From: Gaiellaceae bacterium
GTDB taxonomy: Bacteria > Actinomycetota > Thermoleophilia > Gaiellales > Gaiellaceae
Reading direction: 5' to 3'
Length of the DNA stretch: 60,985 nucleotides
NCBI GenBank assembly: GCA_036377995.1
Contig: DASUXI010000048.1
Location: forward strand, 1-60,985
Under the pieces are notes generated by a model. The model saw only the letters and a list, made by a program, of their open reading frames with translations. It was not told the origin of the DNA and ran no database searches. Positions 8,760 to 19,332 of the stretch are shown here, one piece after another. A program made the position numbers and the translations under genes. Position 1 is the first letter of the stretch, and the number at the start of each line of letters is the position of its first letter.

Positions 8760-9244
8760 GAGTCCGTCCTGCCGGGACGGAGGACGTCGAGCTCGTCGGC
8801 GCGCTGATCGACGACGCGACGGAGTGGGTCGGGCGCCTCGGCTTCGTTCAGTGGCCGCTTCCCTTCCCGCGTGACGAGCTGGCGGCGGCGATCGGGCGCG
8901 GCGACGTGTACGTGGCCGAGGTCGACGGTGAGGCGGCCGCGACGGTCACGGTGTTGGTCGACGATCCGGTCTACTGGGGCGAGCGGCCGCCCGATGCGCT
9001 GTACATCCACAAGCTCGCCGTGCGACGGGATCGCGCCGGGAAGGGTCTTGGAGCGGCGCTCGTCGAGTGGGTTGGCAGGCGTGCGGCGACGCTCGGGCGC
9101 GACTACCTCCGGCTCGACTGCCTGTGCGGGGATGCTGGGATTCGCAGGTACTACGAGGGTCTCGGCTTCGAGCATCGCGGCGATCTCGACGACGCGGCGC
9201 GGGGCCTGCGGCTCAGCCTCTACGAGCGCAGGCTCGCCTCCTGA
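8756..9244 (+). CDS. GNAT-family N-acetyltransferase
   Basis: GTG 8756 overlaps the queA stop (GTGA). Acetyl-CoA motif HKLAVRRDRAGKGLGAALV, then YYEGLGFE. Confidence 0.8.
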   Translation: MRVRPAGTEDVELVGALIDDATEWVGRLGFVQWPLPFPRDELAAAIGRGDVYVAEVDGEAAATVTVLVDDPVYWGERPPDALYIHKLAVRRDRAGKGLGAALVEWVGRRAATLGRDYLRLDCLCGDAGIRRYYEGLGFEHRGDLDDAARGLRLSLYERRLAS

Positions 9245-10405
<1,161 letters not shown>

Positions 10406-10414
10406 GGAGGCTCA

Positions 10415-10768
10415 TTGCAAGGCTTCGTCATCATCCTCGTCCTGCTGGCCCTGATGTGGTTCCTGCTCATCCGGCCGCAGCGGCGGCGCCAGCTCCAGTC
10501 AAAGCAGCTCGTGGACCAGCTCGAGGTCGGAAAGGAGATCGTGACCGCCGGCGGCCTGTACGGGACGATCGCCGAGGTCTCCGACGACGAGGTCCTGGTC
10601 GAGATCGCGGAGGGCGTCAAGGTGAGAATCGCCAAGCGCGCCGTCGCCGGGGTGATCAGCGAGGACGAAGGGGCCCAGGGGTTCGAGGAGGAGCCCGGCG
10701 GGGAGCACGAGAGCCCGGAGGTCGAAGAGCCGGAGGAGGAGAGCGCGGCTACGCTTCCGCCTAACTGA
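10415..10768 (+). CDS. yajC: Preprotein translocase subunit YajC
   Basis: Single TM, then LIRPQRRRQ and GKEIVTAGGLYGTI; acidic tail. GGGAGG lies upstream of TTG 10415. Classical position between tgt and secD. Confidence 0.85.
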   Translation: MQGFVIILVLLALMWFLLIRPQRRRQLQSKQLVDQLEVGKEIVTAGGLYGTIAEVSDDEVLVEIAEGVKVRIAKRAVAGVISEDEGAQGFEEEPGGEHESPEVEEPEEESAATLPPN

Positions 10769-10770
10769 GC

Positions 10771-13563
10771 GTGTCGGACCGGCGTAACCATCTCATCCTG
10801 CTCGGCTGCATCCTCGCGGCGCTCGCGGGCGTTGCCCTGCTCGTGATTCCGGGCTCACCCGCGCACCGCAAGGTCACGCTCGGGCTCGATCTTCAGGGAG
10901 GCCTCGAGGTCGTCCTCAAGGCCGTGCCGCCGAAGGGTCACAAACTCACGAGCTCCGATCTCGACCGCTCCATCTCGATCATGCGGAACCGAATCGACAA
11001 GCTCGGCGTCTCCGAGCCCGAGATCCGCAAGCAGGGCTCGAACCAGATCGTCATCCAACTCGCCGGCGTCCACGACCCGGCAACCGCCGCGAAGCTGATC
11101 GGCAAGACGGCGGTGCTCGAGTTCTACGACTTCGAGGCCGACCTCACCGGCCCGTCGGTGAGCGGGCTTTCACAGGTCCCCGTGGGGACGGGGACCCTCT
11201 ACGGGCTCCTTTCCGCGCCCGCGACACAGGCCCTGTCCAAGAACGGCCAGCCGTCGCAGTGGTACCTGTTCAGCCCGCAGAAGGTCGTGAAGGCGGGGCC
11301 GGCCCCGACGAGGCAGGCGCTGCTCGCGACCGACATCGTCCAGAAACCGACGGCGAGGGGCGGGCTCGGCAGGCACATCCCCAAGAACTGGCAGATCCTG
11401 ACCGTGCCCGGCAACACGGTCGTGGTCAGCTGCGTCGTCGCGTCGGGGAACTGCCTGAGCGGCCGGCAGTTGTCGACGCCGACGGCGTTCTACCTGCTGA
11501 AGCACAGCGAGAACGCTGCGAATCCGATCCCGGAGATGACGGGAAAGGACCTGAAGCTCGACGGAACGCGCGCGGACATCGACCCGCAGACCGGCGGGCC
11601 CGTCGTGCTGATGCAGTTCACCGGTAAGGGGAAGAAGATCTTCCACACGATCACGCGCCGGGAGGCCGAGCGCGGCGCGCTCGTCTGCCAGGGCCAGCGC
11701 GACCAGGCGTCCGTACAGCGCTGCGCGCAGCACTTCGCGATCGTCCTCGACGGGCAGATCCAGTCCGTCCCCTACATCGACTTCGTCCGGAACCCGGACG
11801 GCATCCCCGGCGACAACGGCGCGCAGATCGACATGGGTCGCGGCGGCGGGCTCGGGGACGCGAAGCGCCTCGCGCTCGTCCTGCAGACGGGCGCCCTGCC
11901 GGTGAAGTTCGAGACGGCCGAGCGCACCGACGTCTCCGCGACGCTCGGCAAAGACTCTCTGACCCAGGCCAAGAAGGCCGCCCTCGTCGGCCTGCTCGTC
12001 GTCGCCCTCTTCCTGCTGCTGCTCTACCGGTTCCTCGGCCTCGTCGCCGTGATCGGCCTCGGCATCTACGCGGCGTTCCTGTACGCCGCCATTCTCCTGT
12101 TCAACGTGACGCTCACATTGCCGGGCTTCGCGGGGCTGGTCCTCACGATCGGAGTCGCGGCCGACGCGAATGTCGTCGTGTTCGAACGCATCAAGGAAGA
12201 GGTGCGCGCGGGCAAGTCCGTGCGCGCGGCGATCGCGGCCGGATATGCGAAGGGCTTCCACACCATCCTCGACGCGAACGTCGTCACGGCGATCACGGCC
12301 CTCGTGCTGTTCGCGGTCGCGACGGCGCAGGTGAAGGGCTTCGCCCTGATGCTCCTGATCGGGACGATCATCTCCCTCGTCACCGCGGTCGCCGCGACGC
12401 GCGCGATGCTGGGGATGCTCGCCGGCTTCTCCTGGTTCAACAACCCCCGCTTCATGGGCGCCCAGGGGCAGCAGAGCGGACGGTGGCTGCAGATCGACTT
12501 CATGCGCCGCCGTTATGTCTGGTTCGGGATCTCGGCCGTGATCATCGTCGTCGGCGCCGTCGCGCTCGGCGTTCGCGGGCTCAATCTGGGCATCGACTTC
12601 AAGGGCGGCTCGCAGTTGAGCTTCAAGACGCCGGTGGCGCACACGACCGGAGACGTTCGCCAGGTGATGAGCGCGCAAGGCTACGCCGACGCCGTCATCC
12701 AGGGTCGCGGGACATCCACCAGCGGCGGCGGCTACAAGAGCTTCCAGGTCCGGACGAAAGCGCTCAGCAGCGACAAGCTGACGCAGGTCACGGGCGCGCT
12801 GAAGGACCGGCTGCAGACGACTGCGCCCGGCGCGACGACCGTCTCGTCGAGCTTCGGCCGACAGATCGCGCGGGCGGCGATTCTCGCGATCATCGTCTCG
12901 CTCTTCCTGGTCGTGCTCTACATCTCGATCCGGTTCGACCTCAAGTTCGCGGTCCCGGTGATCGTCGCGATGTTGCACGACGTCCTCATCTGCATCGGGA
13001 TCTACGCGCTCGTCGGGCGCGAGGTGACGAGCTCGACGGTGGCCGCGATTCTGACCGTGCTCGGCTACTCGATCTACGACACGATCATCATCTTCGACCG
13101 GATCAGGGAGAACATCCCGATCATGCGCAGGTCGTCGTTCGCCACGATCGCGAACGTCTCGCTCTGGGAGACGATCCGGCGATCGCTCGCCACGTCCTTC
13201 ATCACCCTGCTTCCGGTGGCCGCGCTGTTCCTCTTCGGCGGGGCCACGCTGAAGGACTTCGCGTTCGCGCTCATCGTCGGGATTGCCTCCGGCGCGTACT
13301 CCTCCATCTTCATCGCCGCGCCGCTGCTGACGATGTGGAAGGAGCGCGAGCCGGAGTACGCTCGCCGCAAGGACGTCACGGTCGGCAAAGGCGGGGCGGA
13401 GGCGGTCCTCGAAGAAGCGACCGAGGCCGCCGCGGCCGAGCCCGCACCCGAGCTCGCGCCGCTGCCCGCGGTCGACGGATCGGCGGCGGCCGCCGCGGCC
13501 CAGGCGAAGCGCGAGCGCCGAAAGCAACGCCGCCGGGCGCGACCTCACGGGCGGGCGCGGTGA
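10771..13563 (+). CDS. secDF: Fused protein translocase SecDF
   Basis: 930 aa. SecD-type periplasmic domain followed by 6 TM (GFAGLVLTIGVAADANVVVFERIKEE), then SecF (GIDFKGG, YSIYDTIIIFDRIREN). Ala/Arg-rich C-terminal tail. Confidence 0.9.
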   Translation: MSDRRNHLILLGCILAALAGVALLVIPGSPAHRKVTLGLDLQGGLEVVLKAVPPKGHKLTSSDLDRSISIMRNRIDKLGVSEPEIRKQGSNQIVIQLAGVHDPATAAKLIGKTAVLEFYDFEADLTGPSVSGLSQVPVGTGTLYGLLSAPATQALSKNGQPSQWYLFSPQKVVKAGPAPTRQALLATDIVQKPTARGGLGRHIPKNWQILTVPGNTVVVSCVVASGNCLSGRQLSTPTAFYLLKHSENAANPIPEMTGKDLKLDGTRADIDPQTGGPVVLMQFTGKGKKIFHTITRREAERGALVCQGQRDQASVQRCAQHFAIVLDGQIQSVPYIDFVRNPDGIPGDNGAQIDMGRGGGLGDAKRLALVLQTGALPVKFETAERTDVSATLGKDSLTQAKKAALVGLLVVALFLLLLYRFLGLVAVIGLGIYAAFLYAAILLFNVTLTLPGFAGLVLTIGVAADANVVVFERIKEEVRAGKSVRAAIAAGYAKGFHTILDANVVTAITALVLFAVATAQVKGFALMLLIGTIISLVTAVAATRAMLGMLAGFSWFNNPRFMGAQGQQSGRWLQIDFMRRRYVWFGISAVIIVVGAVALGVRGLNLGIDFKGGSQLSFKTPVAHTTGDVRQVMSAQGYADAVIQGRGTSTSGGGYKSFQVRTKALSSDKLTQVTGALKDRLQTTAPGATTVSSSFGRQIARAAILAIIVSLFLVVLYISIRFDLKFAVPVIVAMLHDVLICIGIYALVGREVTSSTVAAILTVLGYSIYDTIIIFDRIRENIPIMRRSSFATIANVSLWETIRRSLATSFITLLPVAALFLFGGATLKDFAFALIVGIASGAYSSIFIAAPLLTMWKEREPEYARRKDVTVGKGGAEAVLEEATEAAAAEPAPELAPLPAVDGSAAAAAAQAKRERRKQRRRARPHGRAR

Positions 13564-13916
13564 CCGACGATCCCGGTCCGACCGAGCCGGACGTCGTGAG
13601 GCGGATCGCGCTCGCAGCTCTCGGCGCCGTCGCGCTGACGGCAGAGCGCGCCGACGAGCTCGCGGAGTCGCTGGCCAGGCGCGGCGGCATGAGCAAGGAG
13701 GACGTGCGCGGTTGGATCGACGAGGCGACCTCGCGCTGGCGCGGCGACGCCATGCGGGTGGGGGAGCGCGCCGGCAACACGCTCCAGGGCGCGCTGCGGG
13801 AGATCGGGCTCGTCACGCGTGACGAATGGGACGACCTGGAGCTACGGGTGGCACAGGTCGAGCATCGCCTGCGGCTCGTCGAAAGAACGCCGCGTCCGGT
13901 GCCCCCGCGGGACTAG
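13560..13916 (+). CDS. Phasin-like / COG3937-like small helical protein
   Basis: GTG 13560 overlaps the secDF stop (GTGA). 118 aa. The C-terminal LGLVTRDEWDDLELRVAQVEHRL resembles the conserved end of actinobacterial phasin-family proteins. Confidence 0.5.
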   Translation: MTDDPGPTEPDVVRRIALAALGAVALTAERADELAESLARRGGMSKEDVRGWIDEATSRWRGDAMRVGERAGNTLQGALREIGLVTRDEWDDLELRVAQVEHRLRLVERTPRPVPPRD

Positions 13917-13920
13917 CACC

Positions 13921-15561
13921 ATGGCGGGGAGTCTCGGCCTCCGGTCGCGGCAATCCGCCGTCGGAGGTACGCTCGCCGGCATGCGTCGGGGACTTCGGGG
14001 GGAGCTGATCCTCGCCTGGGCAGCGGCCGCCGTGGGCGGGATCGGCATCGCATCTGCCCTCACCCCCGAGTTCGCGAACCGCTACGACATCGTGCACGGT
14101 GTGCTCCCACCGGGCGTACCCGACGTGGCCCGTGTTGCCGCGCTCGCCTTCGCGCTTTCCCTCGTCTGGCTCTCCCGCCAGCTCGCGCGGCGCCGCCGCC
14201 GAGCGTGGCAGCTCGCCGTCGGCCTCGTGCTCGCGATCTCGGTCGCGCATCTCGCAAAGGGCCTCGACTTCGAGGAGGCCGGGCTCAGCTTGCTGCTGCT
14301 CGTCGCGCTGATCCGCTATCGCACGCGCTTCGACGTGCCCGGCGATCCGCGGTCGGTGCGCCCCCTGCTCACGACCGTCCTCGCAGCGCTCGCCGTCGTG
14401 TGGCTCGCCGTGGAGCTCGACCGGCGAGGCTTCGACGGCGACCGCCTGCAGGAGCTGTTCCTCGCGCTGAGCCTTCTGCTTGTCTTCCGCGCGCTCTATC
14501 TCTGGTTCCGCCCGATCTCGGAGCGCGTCCGCCAGTCCGCGGAGGAGCGGCGTCTCGTGCGCGAGCTCGTCCGCGCCCACGGCCACGACAGCCTCGCGTT
14601 CTTCACTCTCCGCCGGGACAAGAGCTACTTCTTCTCACCGACGCGGCGAAGCTTCCTCGCCTACCGCGTCGTCGGAGGGTGCGCGCTCGTGAGCGGCGAT
14701 CCGATCGGCGACGACGGCGAGGTGCCCGACCTGCTCTCCGAGTTTCGGCGGGTGTGCCACGCCCGCGGCTGGCGGATCGGGCTGGTGAGCGTCCGCGGCG
14801 AGCTCGTCGAGGCCGCCAGGCATCTCGGCCTGCGCACGATCAAGATCGGCGACGAGGCCGTGGTGCGACCCACGTCGTTCTCCCTCGAGGGCCGCGCGAT
14901 CAGGAAGGTGCGTCAGTCCGTCACGCGCCTCGAGCGGGCTGGCTATAGCTTCCGAATCGTCACCGCTGCCGACGTCGATCCCGCGTTGCGGTCCGAGCTC
15001 GAGGATGTCTCCCGCGACTGGCGCGGATCGAATGTCGAGCGCGGGTTCTCGATGGCGATGGACGACGTGTTCGCCGAGCCCGAGACCCTGTTCGCCTTCG
15101 TCGAGCGGGATGACATCGTGGGCGGCTTCCTCCATCTCGTCCCGAGCACCCAGGGCTACTCGCTCGGAGCGATGCGACGGCGGCCAGGAACGCCGAACGG
15201 CCTCATGGAGTACCTGATCTCGGAGCTGCTTATCTGGGGGCGCGAGCGGGAGGTCCCCGAGATCTCCCTCAACTTCTGCGTGTTCACCGACTTTCTCGGC
15301 GACGAGCCTCGGTGCCGCCGCGACGCGGCCATCGGGCGAGCGCTGCGGCTCGGCGACAGGCTCTTCCAGCTCGAACGGCTTCTCGTGTTCAGCCGAAAGT
15401 TCGCGCCCGAGTGGCGCCCGCGCTACCTCTGCGTCGAGCGGTTGTCGGACCTGCCCCTCGTCGGCGTGGCGTATCTGCGCGTCGAGTCCCTCTTGACGCC
15501 GCCGGGCCCGTGGGCCAGGCGCTCGGTCGAGCGTGTAGCGGAACAGCGACTGTCACACTGA
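13921..15561 (+). CDS. MprF-like membrane protein with C-terminal aminoacyl-phosphatidylglycerol synthase (DUF2156) domain
   Basis: About 6 N-terminal TM helices, then GHDSLAFFTLRRDKSYFFSP...FLAYRVVGGCALVSGDPIG, typical of lysyl-PG synthase C-domains. ATG 13921 follows the upstream stop by 4 nt. Confidence 0.7.
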   Translation: MAGSLGLRSRQSAVGGTLAGMRRGLRGELILAWAAAAVGGIGIASALTPEFANRYDIVHGVLPPGVPDVARVAALAFALSLVWLSRQLARRRRRAWQLAVGLVLAISVAHLAKGLDFEEAGLSLLLLVALIRYRTRFDVPGDPRSVRPLLTTVLAALAVVWLAVELDRRGFDGDRLQELFLALSLLLVFRALYLWFRPISERVRQSAEERRLVRELVRAHGHDSLAFFTLRRDKSYFFSPTRRSFLAYRVVGGCALVSGDPIGDDGEVPDLLSEFRRVCHARGWRIGLVSVRGELVEAARHLGLRTIKIGDEAVVRPTSFSLEGRAIRKVRQSVTRLERAGYSFRIVTAADVDPALRSELEDVSRDWRGSNVERGFSMAMDDVFAEPETLFAFVERDDIVGGFLHLVPSTQGYSLGAMRRRPGTPNGLMEYLISELLIWGREREVPEISLNFCVFTDFLGDEPRCRRDAAIGRALRLGDRLFQLERLLVFSRKFAPEWRPRYLCVERLSDLPLVGVAYLRVESLLTPPGPWARRSVERVAEQRLSH

Positions 15562-15565
15562 CGGG

Positions 15566-17230
15566 ATGGCTCAACCGGCCACCCGGAACCTCGGACGCCT
15601 CTCGGAGATCGCCCAGGTAGCCGTTCGACACGGCTTCGGCTACTGGTTCGAGACCCACCGGCTGTCCGATCTCTTCCCGCGGCGCGCGCGTGTCGAGCTC
15701 GACGGACAGCCGTCGCAACGCGGACAGCACCTTCGCGAGATGCTCGACGAGCTTGGCCCGACCTTCGTCAAGTTCGGCCAGTTGCTCTCGACGCGGCCGG
15801 ACGTCCTTCCGCCGGACATCATCGCGGAGCTCCGGGGGTTGCAGGACGATGTGCGGCCGTTTCCGTTCGAGGACGTCGAGCGGGTGATCGAGGAGGACCT
15901 GGACCTCACCGTCGACCGGCTCTTCCTGGAGTTCGAGGAACGTCCCGTGGCCGCCGCGTCGATCGGCCAGGTGCATCGCGCCACGCTGCCGAACGGCAGA
16001 CGGGTCGCGGTCAAGGTGCAGAGGCCCGGCGCTCCGCGCCAGATCGAGGCCGACCTCGCGCTGCTCTACCAGGCCGCCAGGCTCGCGAAGGAGCGCGTTC
16101 GCGCGCTCGACTTCATCGATGCGCACCAGCTCGTGGACGAGTTCGCGCGCTCCATCCGGCACGAGCTCGACTACCGCCTCGAAGCTCGCAACGCCGAGAC
16201 GTTCCACCGGAACTTCGCCGGCCACCCTCACGTCCAGGTCCCGCGCGTGTTCTGGAGCTACACCCGCAGCCGCGTGTTGACCATCGAGTGGCTCGAGGGC
16301 ACTCAGGTCGTCGACGTCGAGCCGGACAAATGGTCGATCCAGGACCGGCGCGACCTCGCGCACGTCATGGCGGAGACGTGGATGACGATGGTCTTCCGGC
16401 ACGGCTTCTTCCACGGCGACCCGCACCCGGCGAACATTCTCGTCCTCGGCCGCGCCGACCGCATCGGGCTTGTCGACTTCGGAGCGGTCGGCAAGCTCAC
16501 GGACGACGACCTGACGAAGCTGACACGCCTTTTCGTCGACGCGGCGTCGGAGAACGTCGATTCCTTGGTCAAGCGGCTAGCCGATCTCGGCGTCATGTAC
16601 CCGAAGGAGCGTGAAGAGGAGCTCCAGGCCCAGATGCGGGAGTTGTACTACCGCTACTACGGAGCCAGCCTGTCGGAGATCGACCCGCTCCAGGTGATCC
16701 GCGAGACGTTCCAGCTCATCTACTCCTTCAACCTGCACCTGCCGACGCGCTTCCTCCTGCTCGACAAGGCCATTGCCACCCTGGCGTCGGTTGGGATCGA
16801 CCTCTATCCGGACTTCAACGTCTTCGAGGTCGCGCGCCCGTACGCGCGCGGCCTCGTGCTCGAGCAGCTCAGGCCGCGCCGGCTCGCGGCGCGTGCGCGC
16901 AAGGAGAGCCTCCGGCTCGGCGAGATGGCACTCGAGCTCCCGTATCAGCTCCACGACACGCTCGAGCAGATCCGCGACGGGCAGATCGAGGTCGGCTTCG
17001 TGCACAAGGGCCTCGACGATCTGCTCAACCGGATGGACGTCGTCTTCAACCGGCTCGTGATCGGGATGGTCGTCGCCGGTGGGCTGATCGGCTCGAGCCT
17101 CATCGGGATCTTCGCCAAGACGGGCCCGCACCTGCTCGGGATCAACATCATCTCCGTGCTCGGTTTCGCGTTCTCCGGCGCCCTCGGCGTCTGGCTGCTC
17201 TGGGGCGTCGTCCGTTCAGGCCGCTTGTAG
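15566..17230 (+). CDS. ABC1/UbiB-family atypical kinase with C-terminal TM helices
   Basis: LGPTFVKFGQLLSTRPDVLPPD, AAASIGQVHRA, VAVKVQRPG, FFHGDPHPANILV, DFG. Confidence 0.85.
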   Translation: MAQPATRNLGRLSEIAQVAVRHGFGYWFETHRLSDLFPRRARVELDGQPSQRGQHLREMLDELGPTFVKFGQLLSTRPDVLPPDIIAELRGLQDDVRPFPFEDVERVIEEDLDLTVDRLFLEFEERPVAAASIGQVHRATLPNGRRVAVKVQRPGAPRQIEADLALLYQAARLAKERVRALDFIDAHQLVDEFARSIRHELDYRLEARNAETFHRNFAGHPHVQVPRVFWSYTRSRVLTIEWLEGTQVVDVEPDKWSIQDRRDLAHVMAETWMTMVFRHGFFHGDPHPANILVLGRADRIGLVDFGAVGKLTDDDLTKLTRLFVDAASENVDSLVKRLADLGVMYPKEREEELQAQMRELYYRYYGASLSEIDPLQVIRETFQLIYSFNLHLPTRFLLLDKAIATLASVGIDLYPDFNVFEVARPYARGLVLEQLRPRRLAARARKESLRLGEMALELPYQLHDTLEQIRDGQIEVGFVHKGLDDLLNRMDVVFNRLVIGMVVAGGLIGSSLIGIFAKTGPHLLGINIISVLGFAFSGALGVWLLWGVVRSGRL

Positions 17231-17299
17231 AACGTTCGTCACCTTTTCGCGCGAAAGGACATCTAGTGCCGGCGCAACGCCGCCGCTACGTTCGTTCGC

Positions 17300-17926
17300 A
17301 TGTCGACTGCGCTCTTGCTCGCCGAACCGCAGCCCGACACGCGCAGCTTTCTCGAACGGCATCTCGCAGACGACGGATTCGAACTGGTCTCGGAGGAGGT
17401 CCGGCCCGATCTCGTCCTGCTCGGCGACACCGCGGCCCTCGACGAGTGCCGTGCGCGCCATGGAGACGTCCCGGTCATCGTGCTCGGCGAGCCGGAGTCG
17501 GACCTCGTCGACCGTGTCCGCGCGCTCGATCGCGGTTGCGACGACTTTCTCGCGCGGCCCTTTGCATACGAGGAGCTCCTGGCGCGCATCCGCGCAGTCC
17601 TTCGCCGCGCGAGCCCTGTCGGCCACGAGACTCGCCGCGCCGGCGGGATCGTCGCGGACCTGGCGACCCGAAGCGTCAAGCTCGACGGTCTTCCGGTAGT
17701 GCTCGCGGGCAAGGAGTACGAGCTCCTGCTGAAGCTGATGACCGACCCGGCGCGCGTGTTCACGAAGGAGCAGCTGCTCCGCGAAGTCTGGGACTTTCGC
17801 TCACTCGGGCGCACGCGCACGCTCGACTCGCATGCGTCACGTCTGCGGCGGAAGCTCGCCGCTGTGGGATCAGGCCCGTTCGTCGTCAACGTGTGGGGGG
17901 TGGGCTACCGGCTCCTCGACGCCTGA
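17300..17926 (+). CDS. Atypical orphan OmpR-family response regulator (degenerate receiver + winged helix)
   Basis: The winged helix is intact (LTGKEYELLL-like KEYELLLKL, VWGVGYRL). Receiver positions are altered: LLLAEPQPD, DLVLLGD, VIVLGEP, DDFLARPF (Lys to Arg). No kinase gene is adjacent. Confidence 0.75.
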   Translation: MSTALLLAEPQPDTRSFLERHLADDGFELVSEEVRPDLVLLGDTAALDECRARHGDVPVIVLGEPESDLVDRVRALDRGCDDFLARPFAYEELLARIRAVLRRASPVGHETRRAGGIVADLATRSVKLDGLPVVLAGKEYELLLKLMTDPARVFTKEQLLREVWDFRSLGRTRTLDSHASRLRRKLAAVGSGPFVVNVWGVGYRLLDA

Positions 17927-17962
17927 CCGCGGACGACGTCGTCGAACCGGTATGAATCGGAG

Positions 17963-18772
17963 GTGGCCGGCCAGCGCGAGCCCATCGCCTACCTCTGCAG
18001 CACGTGCGGGACGCAGTACCCGCCGAGCGTCCAGCCTCCGAACGAGTGCCTCATCTGCCTCGACGAGCGGCAGTACGTCCCCGCCGGCGGGCAGCGGTGG
18101 ACGACGCTCGACGAGATCGCCGCCGGCCACAAGGCCCGGGTCGAGCCCCAGGAGCCGGGCCTGCTGGGCCTCGGTCTCGAGCCTGCGTTTGCGATCGGCC
18201 AGCGCGCGCTGCTCGTCGAGGGCCTGCTCTGGGACTGCTTGCCGCTGATCGGCGACGAGCTCGAGGCCGCGGTCGGAGACGCGGGCGGCCTTCAGACGAT
18301 CGCGATCTCGCATCCTCACTACTACACGGCGATGGTCGAGTGGGCCGACCGATTCGACGCCCGTATCCTGCTGCACGAGGCCGATCGAGACTGGGTCATG
18401 CGCCCCAGCCCGCGGATCGAGCTCTGGTCGGGCGACCGGTTCCGTCTGTCCGACGAGCTGGAGCTCGTTCGCCTCGGCGGCCACTTCGCGGGCGGCACGG
18501 TGTGCACGTGGGGGGCCGGCGCGGGCGGGCGCGGCGCCTTGCTCGCCGGCGACATCGTCCAGGTCGTCGCCGATCCCGACTGGGTCAGCTTCATGTGGAG
18601 CTATCCGAACCTCATCCCGCTCCCGGCCCGGGAGGTCGAGCGCATCCGCGCCGCGATCGAGCCTCTGCGCTTCGATCGCCTCTATGGCGCGTGGTGGGAC
18701 CGGATCATCGACCGCGACGCACACCGGAAGGTGTTGCGCTCGGCGGACCGGTATCTCGACCGCATCTCCTAG
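17963..18772 (+). CDS. MBL-fold metallo-hydrolase-like protein with N-terminal Cys-rich (CxxC...CxxC) segment
   Basis: CSTCGTQY...CLICLDE N-terminus. ISHPHYYTAM stands in place of the HxHxDH motif (degenerate). Size is typical of the beta-lactamase fold. Confidence 0.55.
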   Translation: MAGQREPIAYLCSTCGTQYPPSVQPPNECLICLDERQYVPAGGQRWTTLDEIAAGHKARVEPQEPGLLGLGLEPAFAIGQRALLVEGLLWDCLPLIGDELEAAVGDAGGLQTIAISHPHYYTAMVEWADRFDARILLHEADRDWVMRPSPRIELWSGDRFRLSDELELVRLGGHFAGGTVCTWGAGAGGRGALLAGDIVQVVADPDWVSFMWSYPNLIPLPAREVERIRAAIEPLRFDRLYGAWWDRIIDRDAHRKVLRSADRYLDRIS

Positions 18773-19332
18773 AGCAGCGCGCCCTCGAGCCTGAGCAGTG
18801 CCTCTTTGCGCTCGAGACCGCCCCCGTAGCCGACGAGCTTCCCGGTCGAGCCGATCACCCTGTGACACGGCAGGACGATCGGGATGGGATTCCGGTTCAT
18901 CACGGTGCCCACCGCGCGCGCTGCGCGCGGCCGTTCGACCTTCGCCGCCAGCTGTCCGTAGGTGACGACCTCCCCGTACGGGACCCGGGCCAGCTCTCCG
19001 AGCACGTTCCGGTAGAACGCAGCGAGCGGCCCGATGTCGAGCGGCAGGTCGAAGTCGTGCCGCTTGCCGTCGAAGTACTCGTCCAGCTCCCGCCGAGCCG
19101 GGTCGACTGGCTTCGCCGACCGGAGGACGCGGACCCCGAAGTCGTGCGCGAGCTTCTCGAGCTCCCGGTCGGAATCGGCGTCGTAGACGATCCGGCACAG
19201 CCCTCGCTCCGTCGTTGCCACGAAGAGTGAACCGATCGGAGAGTCGACGAAGTCGTAGGCGACGTCGAGGAGGTGCTCGTCCGCTGCGGACTCGCGGAAG
19301 CGGCGGTCGAGCTCTGCGGAGACTGCGTTCAT
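18769..19332 (-). CDS. ogt: Methylated-DNA--protein-cysteine methyltransferase (MGMT/Ogt)
   Basis: Active site IPIVLPCHRVIGSTG and YGEVVTYGQLA. ATG 19332 overlaps the sigma-factor stop (ATGA). The long 447-aa ORF extension is spurious. Confidence 0.9.
   Translation of the reverse strand: MNAVSAELDRRFRESAADEHLLDVAYDFVDSPIGSLFVATTERGLCRIVYDADSDRELEKLAHDFGVRVLRSAKPVDPARRELDEYFDGKRHDFDLPLDIGPLAAFYRNVLGELARVPYGEVVTYGQLAAKVERPRAARAVGTVMNRNPIPIVLPCHRVIGSTGKLVGYGGGLERKEALLRLEGALL

Noticed and set aside
11170-13548. 792-aa ORF antisense to secDF. Similar long antisense or off-frame ORFs include 908-2050, 28489-29910, 29907-31100, 44381-45745, 49469-51346, 55792-57195 and 57807-58892.
   Set aside because: These are typical high-GC artefacts. 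Their products are Arg/Asp/Glu/Pro-rich low-complexity strings with no recognisable motifs. Each fully overlaps a gene that has clear family signatures and saturated GC3 in the other frame.
17242-17258. Intrinsic terminator after the ABC1 kinase gene.
   Set aside because: The palindrome TTTCGCGCGAAA leaves almost no loop, so as RNA only a weak 5-bp A/U-rich stem is possible. It looks more like a DNA operator-type palindrome and is reported under the atypical regulator finding instead.
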